Shown here: piece after piece, positions 27,185 through 40,721 of the stretch
How positions within the stretch are numbered: the stretch's first letter is position 1
How the letters are laid out: every line of letters begins with the position of its first letter
The notes under the pieces: model-generated
The model's input: only the letters and a program-made list of their open reading frames with translations
The model's database searches: none
What the model was told of the DNA's origin: nothing
DNA from: Parasitella parasitica NRRL 2501
Lineage: Eukaryota > Fungi > Mucoromycota
Direction of reading: 5' to 3'
Assembly (NCBI GenBank): GCA_025201805.1
Contig: MU619240.1
Coordinates: 56,723 to 120,722 of the forward strand
Length of the DNA stretch: 64,000 nucleotides
Translations under genes and position numbers: made by a program

Positions 27185-28873
27185 GTAAGATTGGAAGAAA
27201 AGAAAAAGGATGTTATTGTTTACAATTGTCTTGTTTTACCCAAATGTAGAAGTGGATAGACATTGGTGAATCAGTCATTGAACGAAATAAGTCACTTCCT
27301 TCTGGAACGGTGCTTGGGGGAACTCTGCTAAACAACTTGGTCATCACCGAAACGCAAAAAATCCTAAAAACTTGCAAAATACTTAATAGTATAGGCTCCT
27401 TGATTTGACGTATTTTAGCAATATTGATAAATACAAATAAAGTTAATGATTGCATTAAGATTGCCAATGCAATAATCGACATTAAATAGCATATCCCAAA
27501 TAATAAGTGGTATTAAAAATAATTGGTTGTCAGAGTATATTTCATCGCTAGTTTGCATAATAACCAGCAAACATTCGTATGGCAAAAAGAGAACAGTTGC
27601 TTCCTGATACAGATACAGGCAATATAATGAAAAAATAAATAAGAAATTTCCCAATGTTTTCTAATATCATTTTATAAAATAGTGAAGCTATCGCTATTGT
27701 ATAATCGTATTTCAGTTTTTCATTTAGTTTTATCTAAATCCTCTATACTCAGAGAAGCAAATCTGTCTTGATTTTACTTTATAAAGTATATATTCAAAAA
27801 TTAAGTGCAGAAGCAGTTTTTTCCTAGAAATAGCAATGAAATCAAGCGTTTTTTAACTATACCTCCTGCCACCTTATTCGCATTAAACATGGATAGGAAA
27901 ACCTTCAGTCAGAAATTTCTCTGTTGCCCACTTGTTTGAATTATACGTCTTATATACAATCCATAAATACTACAGATATCAGCAGAAACCACTTTTATTC
28001 AATAAAAAATACTAAAAAAAGTGTACAATATCTGATGAAGAACTCATCAACGCATCTTTTAGACTTGGCAGATAAAGACAGCTATGTATAGCTGCGTAAA
28101 AGTACATAATTTCAACTGATGAGCGTCGTGTGTATTAAGAGGTTATGTGCAAAAACAGTTTTTCTTTTTCTTCTTAATTAACCATAAATTGTTGTGCCAA
28201 TGTAACGGGCGCAGTGAAATGTTATGTAAATAATTTCTTGAATAAAAGCAAATACAAAACTTTAGACTTTTATTGACATAAGGTATGATTTCCTTCTATA
28301 ATAAAACATATCTTAATTAATGATTATCCACATAATATCTGATGTTTGACAGGAAGTGTCAAACATTATTAAATCACAGAATTTCCAGGAACAGACCTAT
28401 TCTTCTATTTACACTAAAGAGAAGATGTGGGCAAGATGTCTCACCGACATTCCCCACTCTGGTCTTGATGTAATTTTTGAATAAGCCTAGAGCCTTGCAA
28501 TAGGTTTAATTACAACTTGTAGCTAATTACTTATTTGTAAAAGAATTACCAACAATTAATATATCATGATCCGTACAAGCAGCTATGTCAGGTCTAATAC
28601 ATGTGGTCTTTATATGGATACAGCACGCATCTATCATTTTGAATTAGTTAATTTTTTGGGCTTTTTTTCGAAGCTGCATTTTTTCAATCAGTTCTTTTCA
28701 AATCAAATCCCAATCATACGAATATCCATGCCCAAACAGCTTGGCATTCGCATGAATTTTCTGTTTGCACCGTTATTGCAAATCATTGAGCATATAAAAT
28801 GTATGTGTTTTTTTTTATACTATTAAAGGGTTTTAAAAAATAGTAAAATCGGGTTTGGTAAAAAAAAGAGAAC

Positions 28874-28893
28874 AGAGAGAGAGAGAGAGAGAG
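28874..28893 (+). repeat. (AG)n microsatellite
   Basis: Direct observation. Confidence 0.85.
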
Positions 28894-29699
28894 GAAAGGT
28901 TTAGAGCATGATTATAATTTGCTAATCGGAGCTGTGGGAACGTATGCCACAGTTATAGTGCATACTTTTGCTTTTGCAAGAAGAAAATTGAAATGCACGG
29001 CATCAACGATGATTTTTTTTTTTCGAAATGTGTATCCATTTCGTCTTTTCGCTAAAAAACGTATATGTTCTACTTTTATTCCATTAAAATGTTTTAGAAT
29101 TAAGTCGACGACCTATTCCACCCCTACAATTATATGAAAAAGACGGGCGGAGGATTTCATTTCAGTCGACATGAGATTTCAATTATTAATGGAAATAGTA
29201 GAACGATGGATGTGATCAACATACTGATGTGATGGATTGTTTGGTCGACTCCATGCGTTTATATCTACTCTGAATATAACGTGTTTTTGTTTCGCAACAA
29301 AAACATCAAAAAATTAAGAGCAAGACCATTTGAAATATGAAAAGGTGTTTTTAAAGCCTGATATAATTTATATTGTTTGATGCAGAATTCAAAGGCTGAA
29401 AAAAAAAAACATCTAGCAAATATGTTGAACTTTTTATGTTTGTGCAAGTTGCAATGGCAACATATTTCTGAGCTCGAATTTACCACTGCGAATAAAGGCC
29501 ATTAGCAGTGAAGCACTTATTTCAAATGAGGAGCAAAACATGAGCTTCATAAGCAATCTGGCTATGTCTTAATATGAATCAATAGCGAAGACGCTGTAAA
29601 ATATGACCTCAAAAGCTATTTTTATATAGCTTCATGGTTTGGCTAAAATAAATACCACCTAATCATGATCACCACCTTTTTCTCTGCTTAAAGGCCTAT

Positions 29700-30040
29700 A
29701 TTGCAATCTCTGATATCTTTACAAAATATTAAGTGATAAAGACACAACCTTCAGCCAAAATCTTCTTTTTTTGCACCATTCCACAACATATTCGAGTTTC
29801 ATGTACCTCTGATCTTTTTTCAGATTTTGCTATGTTTGGACCCTAAACTTCATATTCGATTTTCAGTTTTCAACTTTGGATCAACCTTCGGGGTCATTTT
29901 TAGGTAGGGATTTGTGGTCCAAGCTAAGAATACAGGCTAATACCAGTATAATAACTGTATCTGAATACGTTTTCCAATTCTTGCTATCTATCTTTGCTGT
30001 CGAGATATTGCCAAAACCAGGTTTTGCAGATTTTGCAGTG
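29700..30040 (+). repeat. Diverged direct repeat, copy 1 (~340 bp)
   Basis: Colinear with 31174-31510; shared blocks GATAAAGACACAACCTTCAGCCAAAATCTT, CATGTACCTCTGATCTTTTTT, GGGTCATTTTTAGGTA, GGTCCAAGCTAAG, TATCTATCTTTGCT. Confidence 0.9.
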
Positions 30041-31173
30041 ATTTTACAGCATATGTTCCTATAACAAGTACCATATTTTGCAATTAAACCATATTCAAGT
30101 TTCTAAGTAAAGTAATAAAGCACGTTTTTTCACACCTATTGATATTAAACATATTGTAGCCAAGTTCGCATTCGACAAGCTTCAGCCAATTTTGTCTTTT
30201 TACGTTAAACTTTGTCCGCCTTTTTCTCAACAAACCACTAAGATACTTTGGCTCGAGTTATTATTAAAATCTTTTTGAAACTTAATTTTATACTAGATGT
30301 GTTAGTTTTTAGATAGATATGTAGAAAAAAATATTTTTTCATAAGATTTTAGCAGAGGTTTGATTTATTTTCATAACTTTCAAAGCAATAGACAGTATCT
30401 AAAGATACATCCTAAACCAATAAAAACATAAAGCTACAAAATATCTATGGAATGGTTTTTATTTCGTTAAGAAATATGATTTTTTGAGCGAGATAATGGC
30501 ACAAAACAGCATGTTTTTTTACCCTTTTGAATGGCTCCATTTTGGCCCTCTAAACATACGGCCGGGAAATCGTAGTTCCGATTTAGTCGAGACAAGATTT
30601 TGATTTTTGACAGAAATAATAAAGCCACAGTTGTAAGTAAAGTATTGTTGTGTAGGTATAGACATGCTGATTTGTTTGATTAGCTTTATAGAGCTTTAGG
30701 TGCTCAAAATATGCTTGCTTTTACTCAAAAACTATCAAAAATAGCGTTTTTTGAATATTTGAGAATTATTAATAGGAAAAGGTGTTTGGATAGCCTTGTA
30801 ATCTACATTTTTAGATGAAGAATTTATCTTTTGTTATAAAACACTTAGTAAGCATATCCGATATACCTATTACGTTCTTGAGATATCTAGCTATGAACTA
30901 TGCAAAAAAAGTTCGAAACTGGTTTGGGTCAAATGGAAACACAGTGCTGAGATTCAATCTACAGCCTTCCTTTTTCGCTGTAAATGAGTGCACCACCTAT
31001 TTTCAATTAAAGAGCAAAGCATGATTTTACTAGGTAATTTGAGTATGTCTCAATACGAATCGATAGCTGAGATACTGCATAATACGGGCTCAAAAACTAT
31101 TTATAAATAAATTCATTTTTGGACGAAGTAAATACCGCCAAATCAGAGATATAACTCTTCCCCAAAGCATAAT

Positions 31174-31510
31174 TTGCAATCTTCGATATCTTTACAAATT
31201 ATTAAGCGATAAAGACACAACCTTCAGCCAAAATCTTTTTCTTTTGCGCTATTCTACAACATAGCCAAGTCTCATGTACCTCTGATCTTTTTTTCAGACT
31301 TTTCTATGTTTAAACCCAAACCTCATTCAATATTCAATTTTCAACTTTGGGTCAACCTTCAGGGTCATTTTTAGGTACGGATTTGGGGTCCAAGCTAAGG
31401 ATACGTCCTAATACTAGTACAATAACTGTTCCTCGCCAAGTCTCCCAATTATTGATATCTATCTTTGCTATTGAAATACTGCCAGAACAAGATTTTGCTG
31501 ATTTTACGTA
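31174..31510 (+). repeat. Diverged direct repeat, copy 2 (~340 bp)
   Basis: See copy 1; offset about 1.47 kb. Confidence 0.9.
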
Positions 31511-32348
31511 AACTGAAGCTTTTTGGATTTTTGCTAAATAGTTGTCCCGTTGCACTGAAAGTTCGTAACAAGTAAATGTTGAATTAAGTGTGTAAGGTTG
31601 TTTACCTGAAGACTCAGGTATGGTTTATTTGCAAGAGCGGATACTTGGCGTAAGAGGATATGCTTCATATTAGTGAAAGTGTGTAGTAGTAGTAGTATAT
31701 ATTAAGGTTTTACTCTTGTCTTGAACCCCGCCTAAAAATGCAATCGAGTCAAGGGGTTTGGGTCTAAAAAAATGGTCAGAGATTGATGCAAAATGGCACA
31801 GATAGAATTTATTTTAACCGAGAAATGAAGTTATGATACCACTACATGAAAATAGTTCTTGAGATTGTTATGCAGCATGTCAGTCATGGAGTCAAAGGCA
31901 TGAAAAATTTACGCCCGCAAAGTAACCCACGGTCATACGGCACAATTCTGGAACCACCGAGCCTTGTTTGATCTCTACAGCTAACAGTATCTAGACCAGC
32001 TGTTTTTATGATGATGGTAGTGTAGGCCTCAATACTGGCTACTGAAGTTTTCGCTTTTAATGGTTTTTGGATATGCAAGGCTTTTTATACGTCTGTACAG
32101 TATTTTCTCCTGCTTCGCTTAGCTCGCTTCAGCCTGGATTCCTGTAGATGCGTCATTAGATAGGCGACTAACTTTTTCTGATATATCAACACTTGTACCG
32201 TGGGAAAGAGAAAAACGTAGGGTGGGTTGGGTTATGCATGTGACCTAAAATAGAAATTTCATGTATAAATTACATTCATTTTACGGTCAAGACCATACGC
32301 TCTTTCTTTTCTTTTATCAATTACAAACAAAGAAAATCAACAATAAAG

Positions 32349-33810
32349 ATGACTGGAAACTCTAGCAAGACGTCTGTCGAATTGGAGGGCAAATACGGCG
32401 CACACAAGTAAGTATAGCAGGCCTTCATAACGGGTTCAAGCAAGTATTGATGCAGTTTAAAAAAGCTACCATCCTCTCCCGGTTGTATTTTCAGAGGCAA
32501 AGGGCATTTACGTTACGGATCCTGAGGGCAAGAAATACATGGACTTTCTTTCCGCCTACTCTGCCGTCAACCAAGGTCATTGTCATCCTAAAATTATCGA
32601 AGCATTGTGCAGCCAAGCTCAGAAATTGACCTTGTCATCAAGAGCCTTTTACAATGACGTTTACGGTCAATATACAAAGTATATGCACGACTATTTTGGA
32701 TATGATATGGTCCTCCCCATGAACACTGGCGCTGAAGCTGTCGAAACAGCTATCAAATTGGGTCGTAGATGGGGATATGTCAAGAAGAAAATTCCTGACA
32801 ACGAGGCTATTATATTGAGTTGCGAAAATAACTTCCACGGCCGAACTGTGGGTGTGATCTCTATGAGCACGGATCCTGAATCATATGCTAAATTCGGTCC
32901 TTACTTGCCTTTGGTTGGCCCTGTTGTCCCCGAAGCCAACACTACCATTCGCTATAATAATTTGGATGATCTTGAGAAGGTGTTGGATGCGGTTGGTAAA
33001 CGCGTAGCTGCTTTCTTGGTTGAGCCCATTCAAGGTGAGGCTGGGTAAGTTTTCGTATATAATATAGGGTTTCTCTGTTTGAAAGCTCACGGTATTGATT
33101 AGTATTATGGTCCCTGATGATGGTTATTTGAAAAAAGCCTTTGAGCTTTGTAAGAAGCACAATGTCTTGTTTATTGCTGATGAAATTCAAACTGGTCTCG
33201 GGCGTACCGGAAAGATGTTATGTGTGGAGCATGATGAAATCCGTCCAGATGTTGTTCTCCTGGGTAAAGCGCTTTCAGGAGGCGTCTATCCGGTTTCTGC
33301 CGTTTTAGCTAATAGTGATATAATGTTATGCATTAAGCCCGGAGAACATGGCTCTACTTATGGCGGCAATCCGCTTGGTTGTGCTGTTGCTATGGCTGCT
33401 TTAGATGTCATTAAGGACGAGAAATTGACTGAAAATGCCGAGAAACTGGGCCAGAAGTTCAGAGAAGGGATTGAAAATTTGAAGTCTCCTCTGGTCAAGA
33501 CTGGTATAAAGTTTAAAATCGTGGTGTCTCATTGATATCTAACAGAAATCTCATAGTTCGTGGTCGCGGTTTATTAAACGCCATAGTCATTGATGAATCG
33601 AAATCCAAAACAAGTGCTTGGGATCTTTGTTTGTTGCTTAAATCCAGAGGGTTATTAGCTAAACCCACACATGTGAACATTATCCGTTTAGCGCCTCCGC
33701 TTGTCATCACCGAAGAAGAAATCACGCAAAGCATTGAAATCATAGCTGGCGCTTTAAGGGACATTGCCACTATGGAGGCAAAAGATATCCCAAATGATCT
33801 TGGCTGCTAA
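32349..33810 (+). CDS. CAR2: Ornithine aminotransferase (class III PLP enzyme), 4 exons
   Basis: [73 protein letters not shown]. Confidence 0.96.
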
Positions 33811-33830
33811 ATGATAATAAATTGTTTATT

Positions 33831-36140
33831 TCAGCATCGTTCAAATACTTTGTACAAATCAGTTAAATTGGCTACTTGTGTAATATGCTTCTTTAAGGAA
33901 GCAGGAGCTGAAAAATGAGTTTTGAAGGATGGAAATATGTAATGCTCCACCTTTAGTAAATCATCTTGACTTAAGGGTGGTTCAGCACTGTAGAATATGG
34001 CCAGTTCTTTTGCAAGTGTGTGGAAACACTCCTTTTCTGACTCCCAGTTTACTTCAGTGCCTAGTCTTAGCAGAAATAGTGGTAGTTTGTGTAAACAAGG
34101 CACATAATCTTTGATGATCATGGGTAGAGAAACCAGGTTGCCATCAGCTGAGATGCTGAGAGAAAAGTACTCGGTAAGCATTTCTGCTCTGGAGATCAAG
34201 GTGTCGATAATTAACTAGGGCAAACGTGTGTGAGATTAGAAATTTGCTTCGCTTACACCTTAACTTACTTGTATAATCTCGGTTTTGTCTTGCAAGCCAT
34301 CTGGCAAAACACTCTGCGCAATTGCTGTTTGCAAACACTCCCGAATGGATATAGGTATCGATAGTTTCAAGTGGCCCATGTTGCAAAATTCATGCAAAAT
34401 AATCTGGTAGAATAGCTCTTCGCTGGCAGTATTGTAATTGACAAGGTAGATGTTTTGCTCGTATTGGATCAGTGCAAGCGGCTCATCAACACACCCGATA
34501 AATGTATGATACGAGAGAATATTGGTAACAGCTTGTGAAACAAAAAGGAATCAGTAACACATGTACACTTGATTCTATCGGCGTCAGCAAACCTGTATTT
34601 TCTTGCTTTTTGATTTCTTTTCGCAGTTGTAATATGCTAGTCAGTCTAACGTCTACTCGAGGCTTTTTGGTAGTTTCCACTGATAAATAGGATGAATCTT
34701 CAGTATCTAGATGCATGGCTTCATTTTCCTCAGGATGTTGCTGTGTAGGTGGTTTAAAGACAAAGGTATCGAGTGTCGTAACTCGGCTGTCTGTTCTGAC
34801 ATATTTGTATTCGGGAACTGCTGCTGAAGTTGATTCTATTTTACACGTAAGAACATGTTCAGTGATTAAGCGGATCCAGCATATTGTACCTTGAGGTCTC
34901 TCGTCTTCATTATCATCATCCATGTCACCATCAATCCTCTTGGTTGGGTCAGGTGCCCCGGGTAGCAAGGTTTGTGTATAAAATGTTCGAGAATGGTTGG
35001 CATTTTCTAGAGCTTCTTGAAAGGCATCACAAACTGCACCGATAATGCGATCTTCTTGCAGGAAATGAACTTCCTTTTTCGTGGGATGCACATTGACATC
35101 AACATTTTTGGGGTCAATCTCTAGGCTCAGGTATACGAACGGGTGTGTTCCTTTCGGTAATAGCATAGCATAAATGTTCTCTATGGCTCGTTTGATTGAC
35201 GAATTTTCAACCGAGCGGTCTATCAGCACGCAACGTCAGTATTTCTATTCAGCACATAATGCAGGCACTCACGATTGATAAATAATAAAAATGTCATTTT
35301 CTTTACGCTGTAATTTGCATTTGATATATATGCATTCATGCTGAAACTGAGGCTGTCATATTTTCTGTCAATTGACAACAATTCAGATGCAACTGAACCG
35401 TGCAACAGCCTTATATTTTCGACCACACTTGCACCAGTCGAAGTCTTGATATCAGCCACAGTTGATCCCTTCTTTATGCATGTAAAGCTAACGCCTGAAT
35501 TGTGGATGGCGTAGCGACTGACAATTTCCAGTATTCTATTGTGTTCTTCGCTGGTTGATTTGAATGCCTTTCTTCTAGTTGGCACATTGTAGAATAGATC
35601 CTCGGCAGTAATTTGTGTTCCATTGTTGCCTGCACATGCTTTAGGATCTGCACTTTGACCTGGTTTGGCAGGTATAAGTTTTCCGTCTGAATACAATGCC
35701 CTGTAAGCGCACGGAGAGTCTGCTATTTTGGTTGTGATTGTGACATGAGCGACATGAGATATGCTTGCCAAGGCTTCACCTCGAAAACCATGCGTGGCGA
35801 TACCTGTCAAGTCCTCAAATCGGTTTAGTTTGCTAGTCGTAAAACGTTCACACACAATAGCCATATCTTCTTTCTGTTATTGACTAAAAATGAGCGCTAT
35901 GTATATACTGCGTAAGTTTGATTTTATACTTACTCGAATGCCATGGCCATTATCTTGAATCTGTAGTAGTTTAAGACCTCCATCTTTCACTTGGATATCA
36001 ATTTTTGTCGAACCAGCATCTAAACTATTCTCGATCAATTCTTTGAGAGCATTAGAAGGGCGTTGAATCACTTCTCCTGCTGCTATACGGTTAACAACTG
36101 TCTGATCCAACTTTTTAACGCTGGGCACATTGATTGACAT
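33831..36140 (-). CDS. MLH1: DNA mismatch repair protein MutL homologue Mlh1 (multi-exon)
   Basis: [48 protein letters not shown]-terminal LYKVFERC*. Confidence 0.97.
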
Positions 36141-36239
36141 TGCGTAGTTGTAGATAGAATGGAAAAAGCTACTAGACAAGACACACAAAAAAAGACCTTT
36201 TTCAAACAACACAAGGCCTTTCAAATTAAAAGAGCGTGG

Positions 36240-37480
36240 GCTAATAATCAAAATATACAATGTGCATATGCTGACACCACAGTGTCATGATGCCCTGAAC
36301 AAGAGCTAAACGTTGGGGATTTATTAAAGAATACATATGGTATCTGTAAAGCAAGCTTATTTTTCGCCTAATACTGCTTGGAGGAAGGATGTAACAAAAG
36401 CATCTGAACGTAATCATTTGGATCTTCTGTAATAGCCATACTTGTTTCCTAAAAGACATATTCAGTCAAGACGCAGCTGTCAAGTAGTAACAGAAATCAA
36501 ATTACATGGCGTTCTTTTGTGATTTTATATCTCTCCTCCAATTCAGCCAATTCCTCCTTTAAAGAAGCTACACTAGCCTCTTTTCTAGACACTTTAACGG
36601 ATAATTCCGTTAGCTTTTTATAGCTGTCTTCTACTTCCGAGTGTAGTTTTCTCTATTTCAATCAGGACGTGATCAGTGGATCAGATAACATCCCATGAGA
36701 AAATCGTCATACTTTACATATGCTTCAGGTATATCCGAGTCCAACAATTTTTTATCCACTTTCCCAGGTATCAACATGAGCCGTAGCTCCTTATCAATGC
36801 TGGCAGCAATGGGCAGTAAAAGTCGCTGGCCCTTTTGCCGTGTTTCTTCACTCAAATCTCCATGTGTTGCAGATCCTGCAATGTTTGACAACGTTGTTCT
36901 GGCAGATATGCATGCAATTAGCAAATCAACAGTAAAAAAAAATTCTATCAAACTACCTATAGCTATCGCTAAGAATCTGCCTCATCTGCATACGACAAGG
37001 CTCTTGCATCACCTGCCATTCCACTTTCTTAGGTATAAGCGCTTTCATATCTACAAGAGATATCTGTCAAAACTTGCGACGATCAGTATGTTGATAATTT
37101 GAAATCTTGCCTTTGTCGTATTTCATTCTTTTGATATTGCCTTCTTGTCTAGGAGGATTGACAAATTTTCGAGACCTAAATTCAACAGGTGGGTTCATAT
37201 CTTTGACGACAGAGTCATCATTAGACTTGCTACTAGTATTCTCATCCTCATTGGCTTCATCATCAGACTCAACATCAGATTCTATATGCCTTGCTGACAC
37301 GCTTGCTGACACGCTTGCTGACACGCTTGCTGATACGTTCGACTTGATTCCTTCGCTTGCAATACTACCTGGAACGCTGTTAACTGGGCTAGATTCTCTT
37401 TCATCTTGGTCAAAAGAATGACTGATTTCTTCGTTTGATTTAGTTTTAAGGTTACTGTATATCATATTTCGTTTTTTGTA
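36240..37480 (-). pseudogene. Decayed coding relic of unknown family (possible TE-associated gene)
   Basis: Successive minus-strand ORF fragments (37067-37540, 36673-36951, 36241-36459) broken by stops and frameshifts without splice signals. Confidence 0.4.
37290..37337 (+). repeat. 12-bp tandem repeat CTTGCTGACACG x4 (last copy variant)
   Basis: Direct observation; encodes (VSAS)n on minus strand. Confidence 0.9.
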
Positions 37481-38885
37481 AGAGAAGAGCATCAAAAATT
37501 TTATGCGACTATTAAAAATATGAGTGAACAAATAAAACACACGAAATATCTTGGAAAAAAATGAAAGGGCGAAATCATGTATTTATCGTTTAAAGAGTTC
37601 ATTTTGTGCATACAATATTTGTATACCTGGCAATCCAAGCAATTACCAGACATTAGGTTATGTATAGAGTGTGAATACGTTTTTTTTTATTTGCAAATAC
37701 TTTATCCTTATCATTTAAAAAGCAATTTCAAGTAACATGTGTTTTTCAGTTGCGGCCTGCAAGAAAGAAGACAACCAAATCCATTTTCAAGGTGATCTTC
37801 TAAGTATTGTATGAAAAGTGTTGTAGTATATTTACTCTTTGGTTGCTACCCAGTGATTTCAGTCCTTCAATATCCAACCAAAGATAACGAGATTTGCTAC
37901 AACACATTGGTATTTAATGAAATAAGCCGATATTCTCTATATGCAGCATTAATGTACTTCAATAAAATGCCATTTCTGCAGCGTGCATTATCTCCAGGAG
38001 GTGTAAATATTAAACATTACCATGGTAAGCAATGGCGAGTGTTGCTCCTTAATCTCTTACCACTCAGGTTCAACAAAAAAAAAGAAGAAAAAAAAGAGCC
38101 GTTCATGTATTTACTTTTAGCTACACATAATACCAGCATTGGAGCATCGTGGACTACATAGAAAAGAGGAAATTATGCAACTTTGATAATGGTTTTCCAC
38201 ATGTCTGAAATTCAACTTGAAAGGCCTGTATTCAGTACAAATCAAAGATTCAGGCTTTCCAATATGTGCTAGTTTACAGAATACATATGCTAAAGTGCTT
38301 CCTGAGATTTTTAATTAATCACTTGGAAAATAAGCAACCATAATATGCACATGTTAACAAAGAGACTCGCTGATCGGAAACATAGTAGCATATTGTCATG
38401 GATACGGCTTTTTGCCGTTGCTAGGCATTGGAAGATCATTTGAAATCTCGGATTCCAAAAGCCGGGCAGCTTGTTACACTATAAATGCATGCTGAAAAGA
38501 TTACCGAGGATATTTTTCTCGATTTGAAAACTTGTTTGCTTTTAGCAAAGATAGCGATAATGCCTGATTACATTTTGTGACTATATGATGTAAGATACAT
38601 TGGCCCACACTATCAATCTCGTCTATCAAACGCGTAAATGAATCAATGTGACAATTTTAAGAGGAAAAAGGAAAGCAGTGATCATCAGATAGCATGCAAA
38701 AGGGAGTCTGGGTGGGTGAGGGAGAGCCACACAAAGGCAAGGGATAACGTGAAAGGGAGAGACGCACACATAAGCAGTGTCTCTATTTTAAAGATTCGGA
38801 ACAGCAGCAATATAAATAATAAAAAAAAAAAAGGGAGAATCTGCTCCCTCTTCTTCCTTTCCTTTTTCTTTTTCATCTACTCACG

Positions 38886-40721
38886 ATGGCAAAATCCAAG
38901 AGACGCCATGCCCCAAAAAATGCCAGAACACCAGCTGCCATAGCTGCCAGTAACCAAAGACATCAGCAAGCCATGACTAACGGACAAACGTCTTCATTCC
39001 AACCACTCAACATGTTTTTTGGCAATGCAGGCTATCAAGCCATCCCTACCTCAGTAAGATACAACTCATTAGAAAACACTCAACCCAATTGACTGACTTT
39101 TAGTTGGCAGGAAAACATGGTAGATAACGCTAATGGCTGCTATTTCTCTCGCTCACCAAGCCAGCTGGGAGATCGTGATGTCATGATAGATATGTCTACA
39201 TCTGGCACTAACACACCGGCCAAATATCATTCAGATGTCGAGACATCCAGCAACTCACGCATGAGTTCTGTGGAAGTAGATGTGTGTTTCCCAACACCCA
39301 ACAAAAAGGAGGAGGCAGGAGTCGACTATGAGTCGCTGGAAGAGTTCATTGAGCAAGAGAAAAAAGTGGCTGTGGAGCAAAAGCATGAAAAGGCAAAGCA
39401 CAGGCGTCGCTTATCCACGATGGGAGCGTCCGAAAGCAACAGACGATATAGCATGTATGGCGATCGAATGATGGTGAGTGCTTACAAGTATAACGACTTT
39501 TTTTTTCATTACCAATTTACACATTTTGTGCTAGAATCCAGACAAAAATGAAACAGATCATTTTCGTATCACCTATTATTCTTCTGCTGAGCCATCGACA
39601 ATACATGCTCGCTCCATAGGCGAAATTCCAGAATACAACCAAGATGAAAGCTTGTCGGATATGATGAAAAAGGGCTGTTTTTGGATCGACGTTCATAATC
39701 CAACGGATAGCGAAATGAAGGCGCTGTGCAAAGTGTTTAGAATACATCCTCTGACTGTGGAAGACATCAGCATGGAGGAGCAGCGCGAAAAGTGCGAAGT
39801 GTTTATGAACTACTACTTTATTTGTTTCAGAAGTTTTGATCAGGATGAATTTTCGGCAACCTATATGCAACCGTCTGCAATTTATATCATAGTGTTGAAG
39901 GAAGGAGTATTGACGGTATGTGGCCATTGCTGTGCACTGTATTATTTATACTGACCACTCCCAGTAGTTTCATTTCAAATCAATGCCCCATCCTCACAAT
40001 GTTCGCAAAAGAATCAAACAGCTGAAAGATTACATAAATGTTACACCAGGTAATAATTTTGGTTGTGTATGATGTGCAAGCGCTAAATCAGTTGCTGTAC
40101 GGAATAGACTGGATATGCTACGGCTTATTAGATGATATTACAGATTCATTTGCACCGTTAATCAGGGCAATCGAATTTGAAGTTGACTCGATTGACGAAC
40201 TGGTGTTGATTTTAAAGGAATCAGAGCAATCTGACATGCTGCGGCGTATCGGCTACTGCAGAAAGCGAATGATGGGGTTGTTACGGCTGTTAAGTTCCAA
40301 GACGGATGTCGTAAAGACCTTGATCAAGAGAGGTGAAATGGCCCCTGAAGATGGCACTCGACCTGCTTTGAGCAAAGAAGTGGCGTTATACCTTGGTGAT
40401 GTCCAAGATCACATCATATCCATGTTATTATCACTCAACCATTACGAGAAAATCTCGTCTAGATCACATTCAAATTACTTGGCTCAAATATCCATTGAAA
40501 TGACACAAACAAATAACGAAATTAACGATGTGTTATCAAAATTAACTGCGTTGGGCAGTATTTTGGTTCCCATGAACTTGGTTACTGGTGCATGGGGTAT
40601 GAATGTTCAGGTGCCCGGCCAATATCAAGAAGATCTCACCTGGTTTGGTGGCATCATTACTACTATTCTTATATTCTGTGTTATCTCTACACTTTTGATG
40701 AGATATTACAATATTGTATAA
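38886..40721 (+). CDS. CorA-family Mg2+ transporter (Alr1/Mnr2-like), multi-exon
   Basis: FWIDV, IHPLTVEDI, REKCEVF, EVDSIDELV, YLGDVQDH, WGMNV signature and two C-terminal TM helices. Confidence 0.93.

Noticed and set aside
27213-27654. Short hydrophobic minus-strand ORFs
   Set aside because: Non-ATG starts and AT-rich composition explain the hydrophobicity; no gene structure supported
29700-31510. Direct repeats as LTRs of a retrotransposon or as a CRISPR array
   Set aside because: No TG..CA termini, PBS/PPT, TSD or gag-pol remnant; only two long copies with no repeat-spacer periodicity
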